A program made the position numbers and the translations under genes. This document shows, in pieces, positions 10,202 through 19,773 of a stretch of 64,000 nt of DNA (within the stretch, counting starts at the first letter, position 1; every line of letters begins with the position of its first letter). Under the pieces are notes generated by a model that worked only from the letters and a program-made list of their open reading frames with translations, had not been told where the DNA came from and made no database searches. The stretch lies in NCBI GenBank assembly GCA_964613985.1, contig CAZTJD010000003.1, positions 35,791 through 99,790 on the forward strand, written 5' to 3'. Source of the stretch: an uncultured Anaerolineales bacterium. GTDB lineage: Bacteria; Chloroflexota; Anaerolineae; Anaerolineales; UBA11858.

Positions 10202-11263
10202 ATGATGAAAATTGGAATTACAGCAGATGTGCACCTGACAACCATGAATCAAAATCCAGAACGGTTCAATGCATTCACGAATATAGTAGACCAATGTTCT
10301 GTACTAGGCATAAAGAATCTTATCATTGCTGGGGACTTATTTGATCAAACCCGGCAAAACTTTAGCGAGTTCGAAACGCTATGCAATAATCCGGAGTACC
10401 GGGGCATAATATTCCACATTATCCCAGGTAATCATGATCAGGATATTTGTCAAGAACACTTCGGTTATCCAAATATCATTGTGTACAGTGAACCTGCCTG
10501 GGTGGATTTCGGTTTGGGTTGGGATTTTCTTTTTATTCCTTATGAAACAGAGAAATCAATGGGGGAAGTTATTGAGAACTGCGTCAGACAAAAACCAGTC
10601 GAAAAATGGTCTCTCATTGGTCATGGTGATTGGTCTGCTGGATTGGCATCTCCAAATCCATACGAACCAGGGATATACATGCCCATCACTAGCAAAGATA
10701 TATCGATATATAAGCCATCCCAGGTATTCCTTGGACACATCCATCGACCTTTGGACTCGAGCAACCTCCATTATCCAGGATCACCCTGCGGACTCGACAT
10801 CACCGAAACTGGATACAGACGATTTCTTGTTTTTGACCTAGATTCAAATATTCTTGAATCGCGAAGAATTAAAACCGATATCATCTACTTTATGGAGGAG
10901 TTCATCATTTTACCTTCAGAAGATGAACCCTCTTTTGTGCGTAACGCTATTCAAGAATCCATCCAGTTATGGGGATTGGATGAGAGCGATGAAGAGAATG
11001 TATCCCTGCGTATCAAGTGTAGGGGTTATTCATCGAATAAGGCAAGGTTACTTGAGATACTTAAAGATGGCTTTAAAGCTTTCCGACTCGAAAGTGAGCC
11101 AGACGTGTCAGAGGTATCTGTCGCCAGTGACCCTAAAAGGGATTACCTGCTGGAAAAAGTAAAAGAAAGCCTAACAGCATTGGAGTGGCGACCCATAGGA
11201 TACGAGCCTGAGAAAGACAAGATCCTCTTAGAAGCGATGCATTTGATCTATGGGGAGGTGTGA
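10202..11263 (+). CDS. Mre11/SbcD/YhaO-like metallophosphoesterase nuclease
   Basis: TADVHL, IAGDLFD, IPGNHD, FLGHIH, YPGSP motifs. Confidence 0.85.
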   Translation: MMKIGITADVHLTTMNQNPERFNAFTNIVDQCSVLGIKNLIIAGDLFDQTRQNFSEFETLCNNPEYRGIIFHIIPGNHDQDICQEHFGYPNIIVYSEPAWVDFGLGWDFLFIPYETEKSMGEVIENCVRQKPVEKWSLIGHGDWSAGLASPNPYEPGIYMPITSKDISIYKPSQVFLGHIHRPLDSSNLHYPGSPCGLDITETGYRRFLVFDLDSNILESRRIKTDIIYFMEEFIILPSEDEPSFVRNAIQESIQLWGLDESDEENVSLRIKCRGYSSNKARLLEILKDGFKAFRLESEPDVSEVSVASDPKRDYLLEKVKESLTALEWRPIGYEPEKDKILLEAMHLIYGEV

Positions 11264-11265
11264 GA

Positions 11266-13404
11266 ATGCCTATTGTTATTGAAAAGATAACTGCGAAAGG
11301 CTTAGGGCCCCTGGATGAGTTTTCTGGTATCCTTGGGAGATTTAACTTATTTTACGGCAGAAATGAACAGGGGAAAACATTCCTGGTTGAATTTATTTTA
11401 AAATCGCTCTTTAAGAATATCAACATGTTCAATCTGCGTGAGATTACTTCTTCAGGTCAAGTACTTGTTTCTGGACTGGTACCAGGGCTTAGCCAGTTCT
11501 CACCCACATCTCGAAGGAAAATTGAACATTACTGGGAAGATAGTGTCCAGGGAATGCCATCAAACATCGCCCAGCTTTTGGTAGTAAAAGGCGCAGAATT
11601 GGATTTTATTGATACCGCACCAGGAGGGATCAGTAAGAAAATCGTCAAGTCTTTCCTGTCCAGTGAAGGAATTTTGGATAAGATTCAAGATAAGGTCCAA
11701 GTCACTGTGCAGGAAGCCAGGATAGAGAATGGGGAAATCATCGGCGTAAATCGGGGTGATTTGAAAAATCGTGAGAATATATTAGCGCAACTATCACAGA
11801 TTGAAGAAATCATTGATGAAGTAAATCAAGATTATTCGGGTGGTAAACTGACATCGTTACTTTCACAAAAAAAAGAGCTCCTCGATAGGCAAAAAGATCA
11901 AGAAAAAGCAAAACGATTTTTCGCATATCACCTTGCTAACACTATTCAAGCATACCACGAAAAAAATTTGTCGATGGTTGAGAGAGGATTACCAAAATTA
12001 ATTGAACAACATGAAACCTTAAAACAGAAATTAAATGATCGTCAAAAACTAAAAGAAAGGCTGGAAGAAGCTAAAGAGAAAAGCAAGGAATACGATTGGA
12101 TCAACTCTGCACTCATCGAATACGAAAAATTCCTCAACCGCGGTGGTCAAATCCCCCAAAGGACAAATCTTTATCTGGCTGCAACTTTAATATTGGGAGC
12201 TGCGAGTCTAGCATTAATTGGTTTTCTATTCAACCAATTAGAACTAGGTGACTATGGGCCTATCATATATTGTGGAATCGGAATCGTTGCTTTTTTAGGA
12301 TTGCTATTTGGTTTTCTATACTTCCAACAACAACAAAAAGGGATCCAAAACATCGCCCAAAGACTTGAGTTAAAACGAATTGAAAATGCTTACAAAGATA
12401 TATTCGATAAAAAACTCACTGACATCGTCACTTTAAAGAATCATCATCAGCATATTCAGGAAGCTTACCATAAGACAAAATCTTTGGCAGAAAATGTGGA
12501 TGAGTTAGAATCAACGATCAGCTCGATCAAAGAACATATATCAAGAGGTTTAGATCGTTTCGACTTGAAAACAGAGGGTGAATCTTTTTGGGAAGAATCA
12601 ATTCGTCAGCTTGATCATATTAATAAGAGCAATCAGGAATTCATCCGAAAAAAAGAAATTGAATTAGCAAACCTGGATGTAGAACCTGACCAATATTTAA
12701 AATCGAATCTTGGAATTCGTTATCAAAAGGACGAATTAACCAAATTGACTAACGAAATGGCAGATCTTCAAAGGATGATCCAGGAAGAAGAGAATAAACT
12801 CGAATTGTTAAAGGTGAAAATCCGTACTGCCATTTCTGACCAGACCACCACTAGTTGGGAAAAACTGCTAGGAAAATTGGGGAAGAGGAAAATTCAACTA
12901 GTCGATTCATACAAGGATATAACAAGCAAAATTTGCGCTGGTATCCTGGTATCACAAGTAATAAACGATGTGCGTCATCAGGAGGATGAGAAACTCAGGG
13001 AATCCTTGTGTATGCCGATCGTTCAAAAACCAATCTATGAGATCACAAAAAGATATAAAGAGGTCACTCTGGACGGTGAGAACCTTCTTGTATCTGATGG
13101 CTATGATGAATTTGATATCGCGGAACTCAGCACAGCAACAAGAGAACAGGTGTTGTTAGCCCTGAGGCTGGGTTTTGCAGCCAAGATAATGAACGATGAA
13201 ACCGCTTTTCTAATCTTGGATGATGCCTTTCAGCACTCTGATTGGCTGCGGAGAACATTCCTGATGGACACGGTTGCCTCTCTCGCTCTAAATGGTTGGC
13301 AAATCCTCTATTTCACAATGGATGATCATATCAGGGGTCTGTTTGATGAAATCGGCAGAGAATCTTTTAAAACAGATTACCAATATTTCGAATTGAACGT
13401 TTAG
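11266..13404 (+). CDS. Rad50/YhaN-like ABC-type ATPase with coiled coils and a central transmembrane hairpin
   Basis: Walker A GRNEQGKT, signature LSTATREQ, Walker B LILDDAFQHSD, two hydrophobic helices mid-protein. GGGGAGG RBS favours ATG at 11266. Confidence 0.82.
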   Translation: MPIVIEKITAKGLGPLDEFSGILGRFNLFYGRNEQGKTFLVEFILKSLFKNINMFNLREITSSGQVLVSGLVPGLSQFSPTSRRKIEHYWEDSVQGMPSNIAQLLVVKGAELDFIDTAPGGISKKIVKSFLSSEGILDKIQDKVQVTVQEARIENGEIIGVNRGDLKNRENILAQLSQIEEIIDEVNQDYSGGKLTSLLSQKKELLDRQKDQEKAKRFFAYHLANTIQAYHEKNLSMVERGLPKLIEQHETLKQKLNDRQKLKERLEEAKEKSKEYDWINSALIEYEKFLNRGGQIPQRTNLYLAATLILGAASLALIGFLFNQLELGDYGPIIYCGIGIVAFLGLLFGFLYFQQQQKGIQNIAQRLELKRIENAYKDIFDKKLTDIVTLKNHHQHIQEAYHKTKSLAENVDELESTISSIKEHISRGLDRFDLKTEGESFWEESIRQLDHINKSNQEFIRKKEIELANLDVEPDQYLKSNLGIRYQKDELTKLTNEMADLQRMIQEEENKLELLKVKIRTAISDQTTTSWEKLLGKLGKRKIQLVDSYKDITSKICAGILVSQVINDVRHQEDEKLRESLCMPIVQKPIYEITKRYKEVTLDGENLLVSDGYDEFDIAELSTATREQVLLALRLGFAAKIMNDETAFLILDDAFQHSDWLRRTFLMDTVASLALNGWQILYFTMDDHIRGLFDEIGRESFKTDYQYFELNV

Positions 13405-13738
13405 CGACCTTTCTCTTTTTGATTACAATATTGTATCAATATAAATCTTCGTTTAATCTTCAAATATAACTGTTGCCAAAATATCAGAATTGAACTTAGC
13501 AATCATTATCTCATAAACAGGAGAGGAAGTCCTCCCCTAAATAAATCTCAAAGAAGGATTTTGGTTATTTATCTAGAGTGGGAAATACCAGCAAGTTATA
13601 GCTGCATTGTTGCCTTAGGGGTGAATAGCAATTGAACAAATACCAATCACTCTTCAATCTTTAATCTTCTTTGATTATCCTTCCTTCCCGCACTCTGGTA
13701 TACTTTTCACCATATCTTGAGACTCCTTGGAGTGAATC

Positions 13739-14269
13739 ATGCCTCGTATTGAAAAAGAACTTAACCCCATCATTCGCATCACCACCGATGCCATTGGGCC
13801 TCCAGGAAAGCGCGTTTTCTACTTGCAAGGGGAGACTCGGTCCGAGGTCATCACGGTTATTGCGGAGAAGTTCCAGATACAATCCCTCTCAGTAGGGATC
13901 GAGCAGTTCCTGGCGGAAATATCTGAACGCTACCCCGAACTACCGGATGCCTCCCCAGAGTATGACCCGGATATTATGACGATTTTACCCCCGGTAGACC
14001 CGCTCTTTCGGTTGGCTGACATCGGGCTGGGTTACAACGTAGAAGATGACCTGGTCATCCTGATCGTGCACGAATTGCTCCCTGAAGGAACAGAGGAAGA
14101 GCCCGGGGTGGTGCGCTTCTGGTGTACCAGATCTCAACTGCGTGCCTTGAGTTTCTGGGGTATTGAGGTCGCCAACCGTGGTCGCCCAATATGTCCGCAA
14201 TGCGGTGAACCAATTGACCCAGAAGGGCATTTCTGCGTTAAGAAAAATGGCGGGCATCGGCGGAATTAA
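13739..14269 (+). CDS. DUF3090-family protein (C-terminal CxxC...HxC Zn motif)
   Basis: DAIGPPGKRVFYLQ, EKFQIQSL, GRPICPQCGEPIDPEGHFC...NGG. Confidence 0.85.
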   Translation: MPRIEKELNPIIRITTDAIGPPGKRVFYLQGETRSEVITVIAEKFQIQSLSVGIEQFLAEISERYPELPDASPEYDPDIMTILPPVDPLFRLADIGLGYNVEDDLVILIVHELLPEGTEEEPGVVRFWCTRSQLRALSFWGIEVANRGRPICPQCGEPIDPEGHFCVKKNGGHRRN

Positions 14270-15000
14270 TGGTCGAACGTACCTTTGAGCTAGTACTGGA
14301 CTCCCTGGCCAGAGACGAGATTAAGTTGGAGGGTGAATTCCTGCTCGGTTCCAACTACACTTTCCTGGTTAGGGTATACCCAAAAGCAGATGAATCCTTC
14401 CTGGCAGTGTACAAACCTCAAGAAGGAGAGCGCATCTTATGGGACTTTCCCGACAACACACTCGGTCACCGCGAAGCTGCTGCCTACCTCGTCAGCCAGG
14501 CGCTAGGTTGGAACCTGGTACCACCAACAGTCTACCGCAATGATGGCCCTTTCGGTCCCGGATCTGTGCAACTTTTCATCGACCATGATCCCAATTACCA
14601 CTATTTCAACCTTTCAGACCAAGATTTTCAACGACTGAAGCCAGTGGCCCTTTTTGATTTACTTGCTAACAACGCTGACCGAAAGGGTGGGCATGTCCTT
14701 TTTGATCAAAACGGAAATCTTTGGTCGATCGATCATGGTTTATGTTTCAATGTGGAGGAGAAGCTACGCACCGTGATATGGGATTTCGCTGGCGAACCCA
14801 TTCCTGCAGAGCTAAGACAGGACCTGATCTCATTCCGACAACAACTCGAACCGCCCTCATCCGTACTCGACCAGCTCAAGCATCACCTGATTTCGGAAGA
14901 GATCTCTGTCCTAGCATCCCGAGCAGACCACCTGGTCATTATGGCTCGTTTTCCCTATCCGCCAGACAATCGCCGTGCCTATCCCTATCCACCGGTTTAG
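14269..15000 (+). CDS. SCO1664-family PI3/4-kinase-like protein
   Basis: GSNYTFL, VYKPQEGERILWDFP, REAAAYLVS, NNADRKGGH, IDHGLCF; start overlaps the DUF3090 stop. Confidence 0.88.
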   Translation: MVERTFELVLDSLARDEIKLEGEFLLGSNYTFLVRVYPKADESFLAVYKPQEGERILWDFPDNTLGHREAAAYLVSQALGWNLVPPTVYRNDGPFGPGSVQLFIDHDPNYHYFNLSDQDFQRLKPVALFDLLANNADRKGGHVLFDQNGNLWSIDHGLCFNVEEKLRTVIWDFAGEPIPAELRQDLISFRQQLEPPSSVLDQLKHHLISEEISVLASRADHLVIMARFPYPPDNRRAYPYPPV

Positions 15001-15026
15001 TGGGATATCAAATATGAATCTTAAGT

Positions 15027-15166
15027 CTGGTATTTTAAAAAAGTGCCCTTGGCTTCGCCAAGGCTTATGCGCCTGCAGAATCCCTGGTGCCAAGGTAGAG
15101 ATGCTTCATTCCGGTTTGTTTCATTAAGCCTGACAACCTAAAGAATGATGTTTTACAGAACACCAG
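15027..15166. mobile_element. Degenerate MITE-like element enclosing a REP-like palindrome
   Basis: Imperfect terminal IRs CTGGTATTTTAAAAAA / TTTTACAGAACACCAG. Internal GAGATGCTTCATTCCGGTTTGTTTCATTAAGCCTGACA (15098-15135) matches the 35011 and 58603 repeats. Confidence 0.4.
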
Positions 15167-15215
15167 TCTGCAATATGATACAAAAGGATTTTTGATGATG
15201 CAGGTAAAAAATAAA

Positions 15216-16244
15216 ATGAGACACTATAAACTCGCATTTCTGGGATTTGGCAATGTGAACCGGGCGTTGGCCTCTTTACTGCTTGAGAAGAGGGCAGATA
15301 TCGCTACTGCGGAAGGACTCACATATTCCATCACAGGAATTGCAACCGCCAGTCACGGCTTCGTGGTAGATCCCACTGGAATTGACCTTGAAAAGGCGCT
15401 GACATTGATGGAGTCGGGTGATAATCTAGATTCCCTTTCTGCCGGGATGAGTCCAGTGGTCGACACGAATGAATTCATCCACGCCTGTGGTGCTAAAGCA
15501 ATGTTCGAAGCCACCCCGGTCAGCTACACCGATGGTCAACCTGCCGTGGATTACATCCGTTCAGCTCTGCAGACTGGGATGCACGTACTTTCAGCCAATA
15601 AAGGTCCTGTGGTTTACGCTTACCGGGAATTGACTGAGCTGGCAGAGTCAAAAGGGGTTAAGTATTACTTCGAATCAGCAGTTCTGGATGGTACACCCGT
15701 TTTTGGCATGTTCCGGGACATCCTTCCAGCGGTTAAAGTCTGGGCTTTTCGCGGTGTTCTCAATTCCACCACCAACTTGATCCTCAGCCAGATGGAGCGC
15801 GGTGCTAGCTTCGATGAAGCAGTACGTTACGCCCAATCACTGGGTGTGGCTGAAACTGATCCTTCGGGGGATATTGATGGTTGGGACGCAGCGGTAAAGA
15901 TCAGTGCGCTGGCAACAGTTTTGATGGGAGTCCCCACCACCCCCCGGGAGGTCGACCGAATCGGGATCGGTGGTCTCACCGGGCAAGATGTGCGGTATGC
16001 CAAATCAGAGGGGAAACGTTGGAAATTAATTTGCGAGGCAGTCTGGCAGGGTAAAGTGCTACGGTGCCGGGTTTTCCCTCAAAAAGTCGGGCGCGAATCA
16101 CCTATGTATGAAGTTGAAGGAACCAGCTCTATTCTTCAGATCGAGACTGACATGCTAGGGTTGCTTACCCTAATCGAAGATAACTCTGGGGTACGTAACA
16201 CTGCCTACGGTTTGTTAGCAGATTTCCTAAACGCAGTAAGGTGA
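15216..16244 (+). CDS. hom: Homoserine dehydrogenase (no ACT domain)
   Basis: GFGNVN, SANKGP, ESAVLDGTP, GVLNSTTN, GVAETDPSGDIDGWDAAVK. Start could lie slightly upstream (15192-15198). Confidence 0.88.
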   Translation: MRHYKLAFLGFGNVNRALASLLLEKRADIATAEGLTYSITGIATASHGFVVDPTGIDLEKALTLMESGDNLDSLSAGMSPVVDTNEFIHACGAKAMFEATPVSYTDGQPAVDYIRSALQTGMHVLSANKGPVVYAYRELTELAESKGVKYYFESAVLDGTPVFGMFRDILPAVKVWAFRGVLNSTTNLILSQMERGASFDEAVRYAQSLGVAETDPSGDIDGWDAAVKISALATVLMGVPTTPREVDRIGIGGLTGQDVRYAKSEGKRWKLICEAVWQGKVLRCRVFPQKVGRESPMYEVEGTSSILQIETDMLGLLTLIEDNSGVRNTAYGLLADFLNAVR

Positions 16245-16311
16245 CATGTCCTCCCTAGCTCTTTTTTCTTCTCCTTATGGAAAATAGGCTTTTCCTGTCC
16301 TGCTCCCATTG

Positions 16312-17313
16312 TTATACCATCCCCTGTTCTTTATACCAGGTGAAGGTATCCTGCAAAGCAATCCGGACAGGGAGAAAATTGGTCAAGCCTAGTTCGTGCT
16401 GAGCTTTACGATTATCATAAAACATGTTTTGATTAGAGAAGCGCAGTAAATCGCCATTAAATGGCATGGGAACGAAGCGGCATAGCATATCTAGGGGCTT
16501 AGCTAGAGGTCTCAATACCCAGCTGGGGATGATATATTTTGGTGGTTTCTTGCCTACGACCTCTGCCGTCATCTGGATGAACTCCAAAAAGGTCTTGTTC
16601 TCCGCACCAAGGATATATCTCTCGCCACAGCGACCTCGCTCTAACGCCAACATGTGCCCACGGACAGCGTCCTTGACATGGATAGCATTCATCCCCCCCG
16701 GTATGCCGAAACGCACAATTCCTCGTGCTACCTGGATAACGATCTCTCCAGAGATGCGGTGTCTGTCACCTGGCCCGAGGACCATGGCTGGATTAACAAT
16801 AACAACGTCCAGCCCATGGGCTACAGCCTTCTGCACTTCCATCTCCGCCAGGTGCTTGGCATGCCCATAGCGAAACCATTCCGGACGGTAATTCCAGGCG
16901 TGGGTTTCGTTCATTAACAAAGGTAGATGATCCCTGGGCAGGGTGTTATCGGGGACCCCCAGGGAAGCTACAGAACTGGTATAGACAACCCTGTTAACAC
17001 CTGCCTTCAGAGCAGCTTCTAACACATTGCGCGTCCCATCTACAGTGGATTTATAAATGCCATCAGACCCTCGCCAGTAGTCCACCTTCGATGCAGTATG
17101 GAATACCGCATCCACACCTTCCATAGCTGCAACAAGCGTATCCGGAATATTCAGATCGCCTACAGCATGCTCAAGCTGAAGACCTTCGATCAGTTTTTTA
17201 GAACTCGTTTCCCGATGGAAGGCGCGTACCTGGTAACCTGACTCAATCAGGTTGCAACACAGGTTCGAACCAATGAAGCCGGTAGCGCCAGTAACAAGGA
17301 TTTTTTTTGTCAT
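16312..17313 (-). CDS. NAD-dependent epimerase/dehydratase (HpnA/dihydroflavonol reductase-like SDR)
   Basis: VTGATGFIG, YTSS, YGHAK (YxxxK), GRCGERYILG. Confidence 0.88.
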   Translation of the reverse strand: MTKKILVTGATGFIGSNLCCNLIESGYQVRAFHRETSSKKLIEGLQLEHAVGDLNIPDTLVAAMEGVDAVFHTASKVDYWRGSDGIYKSTVDGTRNVLEAALKAGVNRVVYTSSVASLGVPDNTLPRDHLPLLMNETHAWNYRPEWFRYGHAKHLAEMEVQKAVAHGLDVVIVNPAMVLGPGDRHRISGEIVIQVARGIVRFGIPGGMNAIHVKDAVRGHMLALERGRCGERYILGAENKTFLEFIQMTAEVVGKKPPKYIIPSWVLRPLAKPLDMLCRFVPMPFNGDLLRFSNQNMFYDNRKAQHELGLTNFLPVRIALQDTFTWYKEQGMV

Positions 17314-17333
17314 TGTTCAGCTGGACTCAATCA

Positions 17334-17364
17334 GACTTCGGATGTCTTTTTAACATCCGAAGTC
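17334..17364. repeat. Perfect 12-bp hairpin (REP-like)
   Basis: GACTTCGGATGT-CTTTTTA-ACATCCGAAGTC between the GNAT and SDR genes. Confidence 0.6.
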
Positions 17365-17417
17365 CACAAATTAATGCCAAGAATTGTAACACCACTCAGG
17401 TCCTTGAGTTATGAAAT

Positions 17418-18365
17418 CTACATGATCTTTTCCCACGGCTCGGAAACATCGTATTGAGGTCCCATGACTGAAAAATACAATGCATTTGCTGCCGGAGAAT
17501 ACCCACCCACGAAAGCCACCTGGCAACCCATCCTTTGAAGACGGTGTAAGCCAGCTAGGATCACTGCCTTACCAAGACCCTTTCTTTGATGGTTGGGGAC
17601 TGTGGCTACCGGCTCAATATAGGCTGTTCGGGTAACATCATCAAACCAAAAGGTACTAAAAGAGGCTATCGAACCATCCGATGCAATTGCAATCAAGTCC
17701 AAATCACGGCGGTAAAGTGGTGCAGTTTGAATGTGGTTGTACCATTCGGGGTGGTCGCGGTTGTCGCGCGCAGTGTTAACATCATCCTCATGGAATCCCA
17801 ATCCGGAAGCATAACAGCGCTCTAGTAATTCCAGTCCATCTCTCAAGGGTCGGATTCTGTATCCGGGGGTTGCGGGGATTTCAGGCAGAGTTTCCTCCAG
17901 AAAACGTCGGTGTTGAAATTCCCGAACTTCAGGCTGCTCCACTCGTTGGAAGCCTCGTCGGTGCAGAATTTCCAGCTGTATTTTATCCTGGGAATCAGTA
18001 TAAACCCGTACCTTTTTTATGCCATCTTTTCCGATCGTCCACAGCCGTTCTTCTGCCAACGCGATCATCTCTTCGATCAGATCAGCCGTGGCAAAATCTG
18101 GGTGAACATGTAGGAAAGCCTGACCACGACCTTCCGGGTTGAGCACTGAGGTAAGTTTGCCTTTTTCCGTTTCCCAGAAGAAAATGCTCTCTGTAGGATC
18201 GATATTTTCTAGATCGGCATTGATGAACCACCACCAGTAATCCAAACGGGCGACGTGCCAGCTGAACTCGCGAAGGCCGTTCAACAACATCACTTGGCGT
18301 AAAAATACTCGGAATCGCCAGTAATCTGCTTCATTTTGGTACGGTCGTATATTCAATTTCACCAT
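17418..18365 (-). CDS. GNAT acetyltransferase (two-domain), paralog 1
   Basis: EPVATVPNHQRKGLGKA acetyl-CoA motif, ANALY. AAGGAGG RBS places the start at 18365. Confidence 0.85.
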   Translation of the reverse strand: MVKLNIRPYQNEADYWRFRVFLRQVMLLNGLREFSWHVARLDYWWWFINADLENIDPTESIFFWETEKGKLTSVLNPEGRGQAFLHVHPDFATADLIEEMIALAEERLWTIGKDGIKKVRVYTDSQDKIQLEILHRRGFQRVEQPEVREFQHRRFLEETLPEIPATPGYRIRPLRDGLELLERCYASGLGFHEDDVNTARDNRDHPEWYNHIQTAPLYRRDLDLIAIASDGSIASFSTFWFDDVTRTAYIEPVATVPNHQRKGLGKAVILAGLHRLQRMGCQVAFVGGYSPAANALYFSVMGPQYDVSEPWEKIM

Positions 18366-19312
18366 AATTTGCCTCCTTGAGGATTCCATATCTTGACCCA
18401 GGGTTGCACCGCCATGTAAGTCTGCATCGTCGCACGATAAAGAGCATCGATATCTTCTTCATCCGCAATCGCAAAGACGCGGTTGCAGCCTAGGGATTTG
18501 AGCCGCCGCAATCCTTCTATCGTTATGGCTTTCTCCAAACCCAGCTGCCGGTGCTCTGCAGCGGTACCCTCCAAAACAATCACTGCACTGCGGGTGTAAT
18601 CGTCATAAGCAATCGTGCAGAAGGCTCCAATTTCCCCAGATGGGGTAGCTGCGACAATGTCCAGGTCACGACGGTAAAGCGGGGCAGACTGCATGTTGCG
18701 GTACCACGAATAATCACCGTCATAATTCTCTTCTGGCTCTTGGGCATGAAATGCACGCCAGGAGGCCCAACTACGGGCAGGTAGTTCATCCTCCGACCCC
18801 ATGGAGCGGATTTTATACTCTGAGGGTGGTGACACATCCGGGAGAGGTGCTTCCAAATCCCGCTGCCAGTGGTGGATCAAGCGCGGTCGATGTCTGAAGC
18901 CCCGTTGAACCAGGATTTCCCGGCGTAAGCTGTCATTGGGATAAATCGGCACATAAAGAATGCGCTGCCCGTCTCCTGTCCAATCGGAGTGATGCATCTC
19001 GGCATAAGCAATCATCTCATCCTCCAAGGCTGAGGTCCGAAAATGAGGATGGATATGCATGCAAATTTCATCGTGACAGGTAGGGTGAATGACCGCAGCG
19101 ATATCACCGCTGGTTGTCTCCCAGATAGTGGTGACCTCATCAACCGGACCAGTCTCCTGACAGGTCAATACATAATGCCAGCGCCAGTGATCTAAAAGTG
19201 CAACATGGGGATCAAGTTCGAGTCGATCTTTGAATAAAAAGACTTCCCGTAGGAATTTTCGAATCCGCCAGTAATCGTCTTCGTTCTGGAATAGTCTCAT
19301 GGTAAGTTTCAT
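18359..19312 (-). CDS. GNAT acetyltransferase (two-domain), paralog 2
   Basis: Colinear similarity to paralog 1 (DYWR...FLR, APLYRRDLD, DDxTR); motif A reads HRQLGLEKA. Confidence 0.8.
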   Translation of the reverse strand: MKLTMRLFQNEDDYWRIRKFLREVFLFKDRLELDPHVALLDHWRWHYVLTCQETGPVDEVTTIWETTSGDIAAVIHPTCHDEICMHIHPHFRTSALEDEMIAYAEMHHSDWTGDGQRILYVPIYPNDSLRREILVQRGFRHRPRLIHHWQRDLEAPLPDVSPPSEYKIRSMGSEDELPARSWASWRAFHAQEPEENYDGDYSWYRNMQSAPLYRRDLDIVAATPSGEIGAFCTIAYDDYTRSAVIVLEGTAAEHRQLGLEKAITIEGLRRLKSLGCNRVFAIADEEDIDALYRATMQTYMAVQPWVKIWNPQGGKLW

Positions 19313-19497
19313 ATTCTCCTCTTTTCATCAAAAGACTTTAAAAGACAATTCGTCACCTGCTTGGCTTCATCATGCTGCGCCCAGTGAGTGGCATTTTCAA
19401 AAAATAATAATTTCCCCTCCTCACATAAATCAATGCTGGGCTGAGCCATCTCGTCGCTGAGGGCGACATCCTGTTTCTCCCACAGCATCACATTCAC
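19309..19497 (-). pseudogene. C-terminal remnant of an alpha/beta (epoxide hydrolase-like) hydrolase
   Basis: MLWEKQDVALS...FFENATHWAQHDEAKQV matches the acid-Asp and His ends of epoxide hydrolases; the nucleophile region is missing. Confidence 0.7.
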
Positions 19498-19773
19498 TCA
19501 CCCACTTACGAAAAAGTTAGGTGGATATGCAAGCGGCTTCTGGTACACCTTAGATCGGATATCTAGATGACCCGGTAGGCTTCTTAAGCAATTGGGGCTG
19601 GCGATCCAGCTTGACCTAGGCAGGTGACAGCAAGTTCAATCATGGTCGATGGCCCTTTCCTGTAATCCCTATCGATATGCCTGACTTGCCCCATAACTGG
19701 TATGTAACTGCCCACAAGGAAAAATCAACATGATCCAACCTCACGAACCCAAATGGGAGTTTTAGACATTCTC

